DNA of 63,647 nucleotides, counting the filler, from Polymyxa betae A26-41 (lineage: Eukaryota > Protista > Endomyxa: Phytomyxea), in NCBI GenBank assembly GCA_003693705.1. It is 6 parts of 6 records of this genome, joined end to end, with 100 filler letters (N's around TTAATTAATTAA, not from the genome) between each part and the next. Parts side by side here need not be neighbours in the genome. Positions count along the whole stretch, not along the records: positions 1 to 15,910 come from RBZT01000433.1; positions 16,011 to 18,716 come from RBZT01000901.1; positions 18,817 to 36,354 come from RBZT01000611.1; 3 more parts are not named here. One strand, written 5' to 3'. The translations under genes were made by a program, and so were the position numbers. Within the stretch, counting starts at the first letter, position 1. The number at the start of each line of letters is the position of its first letter. Positions 12,725 through 24,829 of this stretch are shown piece by piece. The notes under the pieces are model-generated. The model was not told the origin of the DNA and did not search any database. It was given only the letters and a program-made list of their open reading frames with translations.

Positions 12725-14085
12725 CCGTACTTCACAAAATAAACACCTGGAACAGATACAAAAAGAAAATTAATTAATATTAAAGGTGAGCGAAATCAGC
12801 TCTATTTTGTGAATATTTTGTTAATTTTTTTCAGGCACTTTCAAAATTGCAAACAACCGCTCTATGGATGTAACTGGCATTGGGATCAGTTTATTGTCAG
12901 AAAACACTTCAAAAATGATACTTGCTTTTTCATTCCAGGATGAAGCACTGCTGGCTCTCTATCAACGATTGGTAAACCCCATTTTCCTGATGCTTTGCCA
13001 AATATTTGTGAAAATCTGTTTGGTCTGCTGATCGGTGATCTTGGCCATAGCTGGCAAACGCTTTGGCAATTCGAGACAATGAAGACAGATTATGATTGAC
13101 TTCCTCAAATGATTCTTCAAGCCAACAGATGATATTGTTCCGATCAAGTTTGTACTTACACCCAGGGCCAGGATCAGATCGAATTTTCCCGGAAGCATAA
13201 CTCTTCTTGAACGATTGCTTCAGCGGCTTGTTGGCAATGAGTTCGCAAATCTGAATGAAACTTGTGCAACCCGGAGGGATGGCACCCAGAGTTATACCGA
13301 GTTCAGCAGCTTCCAGCGTGACTTTATCGCAAAAGTGGCTTGTTGCCGCATCCCATATCAAACCGAGTTTTTCATCCGGATAGCAGGAACGTAGCCATTT
13401 CAAATAATTGCAGCAACCTTCCTTATCCATCCAATGTTTTGGATGAAATGTGATTTTGCTGGATCGATCCCAGTTGGCAAACCGACGAGCTAGTATACCA
13501 TCTCGCGTTCCAGTCATAATGATATAAGGAGCCATCATCCGTGATTCGAACATCTCACACCCAATCATAACAGTGCATCCTTTTTTCTCATCTTCTGCAC
13601 GGTTGGAACCGACACGATACACATTTGTTGGGGCTATAAGATGTTATTCTTTGGGGTAATATTGTTGGAGCATTTCATCAGCGTTAACCAGATTCGTGAC
13701 TCCAGCATTCGACATTGTCTCACGAATAATTGCAGTAGCCTCAAGACAGACCTACAGCCACAGTTGGTATTCATTATGAAAAAATTGTAAAATCACGACA
13801 AACCTGAAGCCAGTTCAATGGAACCGTCTGAGAAATTGATTCTTTACGAACGGAAAACCTGTGCCTCTTCAGAACTCTGCTGAACCACTGCGAAAGCGCT
13901 GGTGTAATGTTTCCAGAATTAATGCCCATCTTCGTTTCCCAATCAGTTCGCTCAGATTCTTCCAGGTGACCGAATTCACGGATTCGAAGATCATAGGCTG
14001 ATGGTTTGCTGAGTGGATCTCCTGTTTCCCAGCGTTCAACAATTTGCTGGATAATGAACTCTTCCTGCAGTTGATACCGGTATCA
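12725..14085 (-). mobile_element. pogo/Tc1-mariner (DDE_1) transposase remnant with one TIR
   Basis: TA + CCGTACTTC terminus at 12723; NADE, HWMD, LIWDAATSH, IPPGCTSFIQ motifs; GT-AG intron 13752-13803; in-frame stop. Confidence 0.85.
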
Positions 14086-14090
14086 GGGCT

Positions 14091-14358
14091 TGTATAGCAC
14101 TTTCAACTAAAGGGACAGACTTTGTAATAGTGCTGTAAAAGGAATCTGTAATTCGACAGCTAATCAGGGTCAGTGTAGTCTCGGTATCTCGCAGTCCGTG
14201 ACGCAACTTCCGTCGGAACGTGAATCTGGCCTTTCCAGCTTGTAGTCCAGGGCCTTTGACAGTGTAGAACATTCTTCTAGATAATGCACTAGTAGCGCAC
14301 TTTTCCTTCTATAAGCGCAATTTTAATTCTCCTTAGGGAGAAAAAGTATATTAATACA
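14091..14358 (-). repeat. Isolated LTR related to the chromovirus LTR at 859-1113
   Basis: TG...CA termini TGTAT/ATACA; shares start, TCACGTTCC and ACAGCACTA...GTGCTATA with 859-1113; no TSD seen. Confidence 0.6.
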
Positions 14359-14488
14359 CTTGTAAGTTTTAATCGATCTAATATAATCATTCTGCATTCA
14401 TCATTACAATTGAAACATCAATTTCAAAGTAGACTTACTACAAAGTTATCTTTAGCTGCACTTTTGCCATTTTAAGAACTGATATACT

Positions 14489-15113
14489 ATGGAGGACGTG
14501 GCGAATATGACAGACAATGTGGAGAACCAGTCAGCGCAAAATTCGGCCGATATTGGAGGTGAACAGCAGCCTGGTAATTCAGCTGTTGATAAGGGTCAAC
14601 ATGATCGAATGATGCCGCAAGCCCCGAATTTATACGGTGCATTTGTAATCAACAAGGAGACACCGCCGCTGTATAACGGCAATTCCCGTGCTGAACTTGC
14701 CGCATGGTAATCCGAAGCGAAAGATTATTATAATCGGATGATCTCTTCTGGGAATGCAATCCCTCTTCGTGACTGTTATTGGGAATTGGATGAACACATG
14801 GAGGTTTCTTTGCAGACGGACAAAACCTTTAGTACCTACGTTGGACGTCAACTTTCTCAAAAAAGTCGACCGACAGTGTGAACCATGCCCAAGCTGCCAT
14901 GGCCAGTTTGAAATGGAGTTCACTCCAGGAATGCCGCCGTCTGGAGTTGAGAAGTTCCTGCAGTCGTTAGAGAACAACGTGCAACGATACCAGCTTTCGA
15001 GCATGCGCGAGTCGGAGGAGGGCCGACTTAAGCTGATCCGGATGCTGATACGAGCTGCACGGCCTCGTGAATTACAGGAGATGTTGCGGGGATTGAGCAC
15101 AATGGTATGGTGA
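14489..15113 (+). pseudogene. Possible retrotransposon gag-like remnant
   Basis: PPLYNGNSRAELAAW resembles a gag PxxFxG...W motif; stops and frameshifts present. Confidence 0.3.
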
Positions 15114-15355
15114 GTGCAAATCTTTGGCGATTCCATAATAAGCTTAAATCTTGTGCGATTATGGTTGATCGTGTTTTGACGAGCCAGAATCGAATTTCAT
15201 TGTCAGGCAAGACTGACCAGCGAAAACCGAAGGGGTCGAGTGACCAGCGCGCAAAGTCCCAGGTTATAGCGCTACTTGAGATCTCCAAGTTTCGATTGCA
15301 ATGATGGATGCAGAATGAATATATTAGATAGATTTCTTGCCCTTAAATATAGAAT

Positions 15356-15910
15356 GAGTCGGAGGATAGCTCGGACCTCGGAAAGCTTCCGGTTCATCGG
15401 AGCTTATTCAATATAGTGAGCTTTCCGATTCATCGGAGCAATACAGTGCGCTTAATATTGGCACACTCCCCTCCTTCAAAAACTAAGCCTCCTCATGAAG
15501 TACTCTAGGTTTGTACAAAATGTGGAGAGTCAGAGGATTTGCTCGGACCTCGGAGAGTTTCCGGTTCATCGGAGCTTATTCAATATAGCGAGCTTTCCGA
15601 TTCATCGGAGCAATATAATGCCCTTAATATTGACACACTCCCCTCCTTCAAAAACTAAGCCTCCTCAAGAAGTATTCTGGGTCTTTACAAAATGGGGGCA
15701 TTAAAAAACCATTGGGCTGAAATGGAAAAAGCATCCCACTAGGTAAAAGTCCACTTCTTGATTTCTTCTAAAACCAAATCTGCCAAGTCATGTCCACTTC
15801 GTTTCAACTTTCTGTGATAGTCCTGAACCAGTACTGGAACATCAAGCCATAAATTCTGCAAAGGCTCCCAACTGTTCTCGTCCTGAGAATATCCCTTCCA
15901 ATCCACTAAA
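15356..15910 (-). mobile_element. 3' end of a second chromovirus: chromodomain (about 15740-15910), PPT and LTR start, with a 171-bp tandem duplication
   Basis: LVDWKGYSQDENSWEPLQNLWLDVPVLV homologous to the end of ORF 74-679; PPT GAAGGAGGGGAG-TG present twice (about 15466 and 15637). Confidence 0.88.
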
Positions 15911-18816
15911 NNNNNNNNNNNNNNNNNNNNNNNNNNNNNNNNNNNNNNNNNNNNTTAATTAATTAANNNNNNNNNNNNNNNNNNNNNNNNNNNNNNNNNN
16001 NNNNNNNNNNGGGATGTCATCCTACTGAGACAAGATTAAACCAGGTCAAATACAAAATGCTAATAAAAGCAAAGCAGAACCAGGAAATAGAATAAACGGT
16101 GCTGTCTACACATTACTCACTTAGAGAATATTAAATTCTGCTCATAAGACTTACATATCATTATGGACGGCGTAGTGCTCCTTTAAAATCTGCCAACTAG
16201 TGCTTGATCGGACCCTCAACATCGAAAAGACTCATATTCGAATGGTCGCACCCAATCGAAATGATGCCACAAGCGATTGGTGCGGGAATGACATTAGCTG
16301 GATCGAGCAGGCCTCCAATTCCAACCTAAAAGCAGAGGCAGATCAGAATGAAACCGCGAACCAAATAACCGATTCGATAGACAAAAGAAGGCAAGGAAAT
16401 CTCTGATTGAAAGAACCACCAGCCTTTACAGGCAAATTAAGCAAGAAATGATTGAAATTAGAAAGTTGAGAACGACAAAGAACCAAAGCATTCAATGGGG
16501 ATATTTTGGTTTCCAAAAATCGTTGGAAAACCACAATTTGAATGCATAATCGAAAACGGAGGCGACTTCAAAGACTGCAACATTGACGTTGTAGGCGAGA
16601 AATACATCAAAACCCAGAACGGTGAAGAATCGGAAGAAGCCAGGCATCGGTGGCGCATCACCACAATCATGCTACGCATAGAGAATTAATTTGCAGTTAT
16701 CAGCAAGCAAGATCCAGTTACTTGTGTTTCATACAGACGGTTGAATACACGCCAGAATCGATCTTCGAATTCTTTTTGAGAAAGAGCTCGTCCTCCGATT
16801 TGGATACGTTCGGCGACATCGCGAAGATGAGACGATGTGAACAAACCAGTGCGGAGTGGACGCCTCTTACAACGAATGAGCAACGTGAGAAGCAGACAGC
16901 AATAAAAACAACGAGAACCGATCATCTAGTAACCATTAAAATAGAATTGCAAAATTGAGAAGGCAGTTGTAGAGCTCATCGATGGACAAGAGGCAAATGA
17001 TGGAAAGTGTTAAAAAAAGTCGGTTATAGAAGAATTATGTCAGCGAGGATGGCATAAAACTGCATCTGAAAAACCTGGCTGTGTAAGCAGTAAAAAGAGA
17101 TCGAAAAATCGTGAAAGCAGACAGCGCTCCACTCAGATAGCAGCATATTGATACAATAAACAACGAAAGACCAGAAATAAACGAGCAAAACACTTACATA
17201 TTCCATTCGTACCAGCACCATGGACGCCCTTCAGCGATTCGATCTTAGTCTGAGCATACTTGATGAGAGCGATTCAGAAAAGCAATATTGCCTGGAGCCA
17301 ACATCGATTTCTAAGCAGCCCAGATAGGAGCGCGTCTCAAAAACGGGTGATAATCGCGATCGATGACGCGCTAGGATCTCGGCTCCTGTCGATTGCAGGA
17401 AAAGAATAGCGGCAGATACGCTCTAGAGAAAGTCAGAAAAGCATCGTTTTAGATTGAGGATGACAAATACTTAAACAAAGCTTTAGAATCAAATTTGAAA
17501 AGATGGAACAAACTAACAGGTTCTATAATACAGCTATAATAACTGACAAAGCGATCGAAGCAGCAAACTATCATACATCAGCATGCATAACAGCAAAATT
17601 ATTAGAAATTTAAAACAGAGTTCACAGCTTGTATCAATACATCCATGACCATGGTATTCAACAAGCAGTAAGAGAAAATAAAAAACGTGATAAAAGGTCC
17701 CACTAAAGTCCAGAATGAAATCAGTAAAAACACAGAGCCTGGTCACAAACAGGTCCCAACACTGACTTTGTAGCCATTGGCCAGTCAAGACGAGCGCCAA
17801 CGGTCCTGCCCTGGCTTCGTCGTCCTGCCTGCTGAGTCTGCTCGAATGCCCAGTCCGGGCGAGAAGTGATGCGACGACGCCTTCATGTAAAGCACAGTGA
17901 TCGTTCGCAGTAACAATTTAAGGTTTGTTCGTGGTTGTGCCAACACCTGGGCCATTTTGTATCGAGTTTCGTTAGAACGTTGTACGAGTTGATCGAAGTC
18001 TTGACGGCCGCTATTCAGGACCATTGACTCTACACGGTTTTTGCAGCAGATCCATCAGATCAGTTTGGATGTTGTCATCATGCTCTGAAAAGTGCAGTTT
18101 AGCTCTGTCAAACAGATCCAACCAGAGCAGTATGGATCCAATTATTTCCGCGTTTCGCTCGGCTTAGGCAGCGTTTGTTTTTCTCTGCCAGAATGGAAAT
18201 ATTGTTTGACCGATCGGAAGCAACAAGTGAATATTGTTACTGTACTGTCACCAGCAGGGACGAGCAGCATTTCCTTCAGAGAGCCGCGCTAACAAATGTA
18301 GATCAGCTTAAAGAGTGCACGCTTGCTGGGAGATATCGGAACGGGTTCAATTCGTGGGCCGGCATTTATCGTATTCGGATGATTATGTAATAATCCATCT
18401 ACAAAAAATTGTAGGGTTAGGGCTTATTGTTTATTATTGGTTTTAACAATTAACCACTTTCACATGCTGAAGGTGCAGCAACATTTTTAGCTCATACAAA
18501 ACAGTTGAATTGTTGTTTTGCTATTCAAAAACCCAGAGTATCTGGCAAACTGGTGCTGTCCGGTGCTACCTGCTCATACTGTCGTATGTCTTAGTTGTTG
18601 ACTTTCAATTTCGGCTTCTTTTCGTTTCACATCCAATTGATCTGTTTGCGCTTTGTCGGCAAAACACACGAAGGTTCCCGCATCAACTCGTCATGTTTCT
18701 GAACGGGACATTCCAGNNNNNNNNNNNNNNNNNNNNNNNNNNNNNNNNNNNNNNNNNNNNTTAATTAATTAANNNNNNNNNNNNNNNNNNNNNNNNNNNN
18801 NNNNNNNNNNNNNNNN

Positions 18817-19737
18817 CGGACCCAGATCCACACAGTACAATATTTGAACTTGAGATCCACACCTCAATACAGATAGAACATGTGACGTCAAGCTATGAAG
18901 CAGAAATCATCGCATTACAATCTGGCATTACCTCACTACTAGATCTGTATCCAGAAAATAGACATATTCATATATTTACGGATTCATTATCTTGTTTGCA
19001 ACAACTGGCATGCCTCCCATACAAATACAAATTCGTCAACGCTGTCGCAAGTGATGTTGCCGAAAAGCTAGCTGAACTTAGCGAAGAAAACGAAGTCGAA
19101 CTTCACTTTATTCCAAGTCACACACAACAGATTGCAGAAAGTGATGCGATAGACGAACTAGCCAAGCAGGCTGCAATAGATGGAGAACTGATTGAACACG
19201 ACCCATTAGTTTCTTCATATAAATTAATTTATAAGCAGATAGAAAGACAAAAACTACATAATTATTTATTGAAAAACGTGAAACCAAGCGGATTTGCAAA
19301 CTATTCGAAACGAACTCCTCTAATAGACGGTTATTCTCGAACACAGAGTAGAGATGGTAATACAGACTATCAGATCTACTTTGATAGCCCTCTATTAAAC
19401 AGAGTAAGAACAGGACACACTCGAACTCGATCACATTTACACAATCTAAATATAGAGCCCAGCGATGTTTGTCGACACTGCAATAAAAAGAGTGAGACTA
19501 TAAAACATCAACTCCTGAAATGTAAAAAATTAAAAAAGCAACTGAAAAAGTATCGAAAGAAATACGAACAAAATAACATTACAGACTTCAACGACGCACT
19601 GTATACACACGCCAAACTCATGGCAAAATTTCTAGCAAAAGCATATTCTATCGGCTGTTACATTTAGCGACGCATGATTAAAGCTGGGAAACCAGTAGGA
19701 GGGTACATGGGTTCGAGTCCCTGTTGGATTGGGCGGG
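18817..19737 (+). mobile_element. Non-LTR retrotransposon (LINE) 3' end: RNase H + CCHC zinc finger + short 3' UTR
   Basis: SYEAEIIAL, IHIFTDSLS, LHFIPSH...DELAK (RNase H); RTGH...CRHC...ETIKHQLLKC zinc finger; open ORF to 19667. Confidence 0.9.
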
Positions 19738-19744
19738 TGCCTAC

Positions 19745-21240
19745 CTGATGTCATCGACTATCGGGTCCGAACGAGTCCCGTATTCGGTCTTACCCAATGG
19801 CTGTCCTATAAGGCACACAGATTCAGTATGGAAAACCCTAACCCTAAAACCCGAATTTTGGAAAACGGGCGGACCGACCTGGGTCCGTGGAGCAGACGGT
19901 CTGCGCATACCACGGATGCAGGCGAATATCGTCGACCGAGAGGCGTTTGTCCGGATCCGTCTGCAGCAGGCGCGCTATCAGATCCCTTGCGGAGTGCGAG
20001 ATCCAATCCGGCACGTCGTACCTGCCCACCCAATCCATCACCAAATGTGTTGTTTTTTCAACATTCATTCATTCACCAAACGGAAATCACCCCCAAAAAA
20101 AGCAAAACGGAAAACCAACAATTTTTGCATTCGGAAACCGCAATTCGAAACATAAAGCGCGTGCGGCGTACCGGCCCTGGCAGATTTTCTTGTAAAGGAC
20201 GGAGGTGTTGGAGTCTTCAAAGGGGAGATACCCGCAGAGCAGAGCGTATAGAATGACCCCGGCGGACCAGATATCAGCCCGCGACCCCACGTAGGGCTGC
20301 CCCTGGATCATCTCCGGGGGCGCGTAGTACGGCGACCCGCACGCCGTCGTCAGCAGCCCGTCCGGCGTCTGAATATTCCCGAGGCCGAAATCCACGATAT
20401 TGATGTTCAGGTTGGCGTCCAGTAACAGGTTCTCTATCAATCATCGGTGGGCGTACTGGCCCGCGTGTGTTCCCCGAGTGCGGAAATGTTACCTGGTTTC
20501 AGGTCGCGATGGATGACGTTGGCTTTGTGGCAGAAATCGATGCCGTTGACGATATGGTGGAACAATTCGGCGGCGAGGCGTTCGTCGACGCGCGTGTTGC
20601 GCACGATGAAGTCGAAGAGTTCGCCGCCTGCAGCGTACTCCATGATCAGGAACACGAACCGTTTCGTATCGAGCACCTGCCACGCTGTTATGACGATTAT
20701 ATCAAAGCAATGTGAAAAGGTTTACGAAAATTTGGCTCCGAAGAGAAAATTCGCAAAAAAATCGGTTCGTAAAATTGTTTGAAAACCTTCAAAAAATCAT
20801 GAAAATTCGGCATATTCGTTCAACAAAAAATCGCAAATTTCCCAATGTGCTTTGAAAAAAGTGCGTTGTTGATGAAAGAATCCGAAATTTCCAGTGTTGA
20901 TAATGTCACGAAAAAATCAAAAAGGTGCGTTAATAAGTGCGTCGAAACAGGGTGCGTCACAGAGCCACACCTCAAACAGGTTGATGATATTTGCGTGCTT
21001 CATATGCTTCATGATATGGATCTCGCGGCTGACCCGCTCGACATCGTCGGCGTCCTTGATGCGGCGTTTCTCCAGGATCTTGATGGCGACTTTGATCCGG
21101 GTCAGGCGATGCACGCCCCGGCGCACCTTCCCGAACGTCCCTTCGCCGATCGTCCGCCCGACGGTATAGTGCGCGGCCAGGGCCCGGTACGGCCCCGTCG
21201 TGGCCCCGTTGCCGCTAGGTCCATGCCGGCCCAGCCCCAT
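19745..21240 (-). CDS. CAMKL-family (AMPK/SNF1/MARK-like) Ser/Thr protein kinase, at least 5 exons; 3' part unresolved
   Basis: [59 protein letters not shown]. Exons 21240-20971, 20676-20493, 20433-20172, 20021-19879, 19805-19745 with GT-AG introns that keep frame. Confidence 0.95.
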
Positions 21241-22199
21241 TAACCTATCTCGATGCCGATCGATGGACGTACTCGCCCCGGCAGGCGATCCTACCCGCCT
21301 CTATTTGTTTCCAAAGATGTTATATATTTGTTTTAGTCGGGATTCTGCATGAAGCGGCTCTGGTTGTTAATCAGATGACGAACGTGATGATATCGGTTGC
21401 TGGCCCATAGTAACGTGATCATGAATAGAAATGTAACGATGCCGCCGATGGTGAACGCGATTATGATGATGATGATGAGTATTATATTACAGACCTGTTC
21501 TCTCTGTAATATGACGCTTCTTTCTGCTGATAAGTCCACATAATAATGACTTAACGCCTGACCTTTAACTTCATTCCTGTCCTTAAACTCTTCATCCCGG
21601 TCGGTTGCCGGTATTCGTAGATAAGTCAAGTTCGCTTTCCTTTCAGTCCAGAGTGAGAAATACCGCCGAGTCTGGTTCCATGGGTCGGTCTATCACAATT
21701 CGGCTGCGCTTTCTGGGTCGCGAACTGCTCGGTTCTGTCCATCTGCAATCGCCGAGCAAGTCCAGGTGGACAACCGGCGTACAGATCCGCATTGTCGGCG
21801 TCCCTCGGACGTCGTGAGAGCGCTGCGGACCCCAGGAGTCGTCGCGGGTCCAGTCCCAGTGGTGCTTTCGCCCTGGGCGGACGTACCGGCCCGGGGAGGC
21901 GGGCGGGTCGCTACCGCGAGTGACCCCGAGCTGAGCGCTCGGCATGAGCAGGCTGTTAATCCAGGACATGTTGAAATGAGAGGTCGGTTAGCAGAATGAA
22001 CAGGGTCCGGCGCGACCTTCGGCTTTGTAATAGATCGGCCGTTTTCTGCCTTATGAGCGTCCCGGTGTGCTGTGCGAATTTGACCATATGTTAGGGTTTA
22101 GGGTTCTGGTTAATATGTCTTTAAAGCACCCGCGGGTTTCGGTCGAGCACTATTACAAAGTTGATTTGTAGCAAAAGCTCCCTAGTTACATTGTAATGG

Positions 22200-24637
22200 A
22201 GATCAAGACATGCTCCATAATAAAGGGAAAAGCATTCTTCGATGGATCTGAGCCCATTCTACTGTTTATCTAGAGATCTTCTGTAACAGTTTCTCAGGGG
22301 AACGGGGTGGCATGGCCTCTCTAGGCCTCACTCTTCCCTGGATTCGTCCCTGATTATGACCATCTCAAGCAATGCTATTTGTCTAGAAATTTTCATGCAT
22401 GTTTCTCAAGGCCGCCTGTAATAAAGGAACATCCAAATCCCATAAAAACACAGTCCTCTGAATTCAGCCATCAATCAAATCATGTTTGCATTCTCTGGAA
22501 GAAAATATCGTTTTACATACCGGTACGGCTCCACATATTTGAATTCGTTTGAGACTTTGAGCCCTTCTTTCGGCTGCAATCCCCTGCGAATGTGCGAAGG
22601 GCGTTTTATACAAGGGTTTTACTTCATGACACCGGGCGGAACAAGAGCAATGTGGGTTTTAAAGAATTTCGAATCGATTTCAATGCACTTGCAAAAACGC
22701 TTTTAGTCTTTGTTCACGTATTCTCCACCATTGTCCGTGGACAATATTCGTAGACGCTTCTCTCCAAACTCGGTTTGCAAATGTGCGACGAATTCAGTAA
22801 ACTTATGGAACACTTCGGACTTTCGCATAATCGGGAACAGGCTGATGTGTCGACTTAGATCATCGATAAATGTCACAAAATATCTCGCTCGTCCAGATCC
22901 TTCGACAGGAAATGGCCCGCAAACATCAGATTGGACCATTTCACCAGGCTGTTTGGCTCTAAAGTACGGTTCGGCATTTGAATGGAAAGGTCTTTTCGTC
23001 ATCTTGCCTTGAAGACAGGCCGTACACAAACTCTTAGGTATCTCTCCTCTAACTCGAATAACACCACTTTCAGAAGGTCGTTTGATGTCGGCATAATTAA
23101 GATGCCCTAGTCTTTGGTGCCACAGTTCATAAGTTGCGACAGGTTGAATATTTTGACTTAGAAATGCTTTGATCGGTTCCTTGCCTTTTAATGCATATAA
23201 ACTTCCTTGGCGTTTTCCAACCGCAATCTCTTTTCCTTTCTTGATAATTTTTACCTTATCCTTTGTGAATATCACCTCGTCAACGTCATTGTTCATTGCT
23301 TGGGCTATCGAGATTAAACTCGCTTTCAAATCAGGAACATGGACGACTCCGTGTAGGGACAGTCCGTCTCCAGCATAATCTCCTTGTCCTTTCACTTGGA
23401 CTCTTCTACCATCACCCATCATAATAGATTCAACACCGGAAGTTTTTCGGTCTTGAAGTAAGGTCGCATCTCCGGTCATATGCGCAGTCGATCCTGAATC
23501 AATCCACCGGATAGTCTGGTTTCCTTCTGGTACATGTTCGCTCATAAAAGATGCATGCAGCGCCGCCGAGGTTTTAGATCCAGGCTTCTCCTCAGCTGGA
23601 GCAGGCGCTGTGCAATATCTCGCAATATGTCCGCTTCCATGGCATCGGTAACACTTGATCTCTGATTCTTCACGCTCACGACTTGACTTCCTTGAAGAAT
23701 ATCGTCGTCCGCGTCCTCCGCGTCGTCCACGTACATGGAATGCAGCTTCACTGTTGCTATCTTGTTCATCACCATGGTCTCGACCTCGGTTTTGTCCTCT
23801 TCTTGAGTTTTCAATAATCGCCGCCTCATCAATCAAATATTCAATCACTTCATCAAGATCGCGCTTCCCCTCTCCTTTCTCATGTCGAATTGCTGCTGCT
23901 GCATACGATAATGATCTTGGCAGCTTTCTCAGAATCGTGACAATTGTCTCATCATCATCAATTTTAGCGCCCATATTTTTCAGTCGCTCGGTCTTAAGCT
24001 TGATCGCATCTAGAAAGTTCGTCATTGATTTAAAGTCCTTGAACTGGACATTCTCCAACTCTTGTTTTCGGCGTTGAAGGTCAATAGTTGACTTGCCTTC
24101 ATGATAATTTTTCAACTTCTTCCAAGCCTTGGCTGGATCACGGATTCCTATTATCTTGTTCTTCTGTGATTCGTCGATACAGCGTAATAACTGTGAAAGA
24201 ATCAGGGACTTCTTCTGCTTGTCCTCGTCACTCTTGGCATCACTTTCATTCTCTAATACGTCCAGCAGTCCACACGCCTCTGCGTTTACGGTGAGCTCAA
24301 AGGACCACTTAAGCCAATTCTCCTCGTTTAGCTTCACTCCGGTAAACTTGTTCGGAATCGACAAGGCTCCCGTCGACGCCACACCTTTACTCTCGTCTCC
24401 ACTCATACAGACAGCCACTCGTTGACGCCACACTCAGCTCAGATGAGGGCTGGGCCCATAACCTATTGGGATAAACACTTGTTGTTGTCTATATATCTTT
24501 ATTCTCTATGTTATTGGGGTTAAATACGAGGGTTCTTCCGACGGACTTAGAAAGTGCGTGGAAGGTCCTTAGACATAATCGCTACAGTGGAAACACCAAC
24601 CTTGGAAGCTTCCTAGACTGTGCGGGTCGCTCCAACA
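22200..24637 (-). mobile_element. Ty1/Copia element: 5' LTR 24464-24637, PBS 24451-24463, gag-protease-integrase ORF 24433-22703; RT/RNase H not seen
   Basis: CYRCHGSGHIARYC knuckle, WIDSGSTAHM protease, LWHQRLGH...CTACLQGK, QSDVCGP, YFVTFIDD, TDNGGEY; PBS GGTTATGGGCCCA. Confidence 0.95.
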
Positions 24638-24829
24638 CCATTCGCCTTGCCCATCTTCGAACATCAGAGGCGGCCTGTTAGTATTCTGTATGAAAGAAAG
24701 CAAATCCCATTTCAAAAATGTGCCTTACGTTGTAGTAGAATTCTCAAGCAGAACCCAGACAGTATATGTACGGAACAGGGAGCCCATGTGGTTAGGGAAA
24801 TTTTCTTGCCAAAACTCAATATCATTGTG

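Noticed and set aside
15955-15966. TTAATTAATTAA palindrome recurring inside N-runs (also about 18761, 36399, 55629, 60532)
   Set aside because: Artificial all-frame-stop contig linker, not biological
16011-18716. Short ORFs between two linker gaps as downstream kinase exons or a TE protein
   Set aside because: No recognisable UBA/KA1 or TE motif, many stops, and adjacency is uncertain
19700-19730. GGTTCGAGTCCC as a tRNA gene, or the nearby GAAA hairpin as group II intron domain V
   Set aside because: No acceptor, D or anticodon arms, and no domain V catalytic-triad geometry; kept only as a LINE 3' structure
21333-21969. GC-rich minus-strand ORFs upstream of the kinase
   Set aside because: Could not build a consistent spliced frame or assign a family
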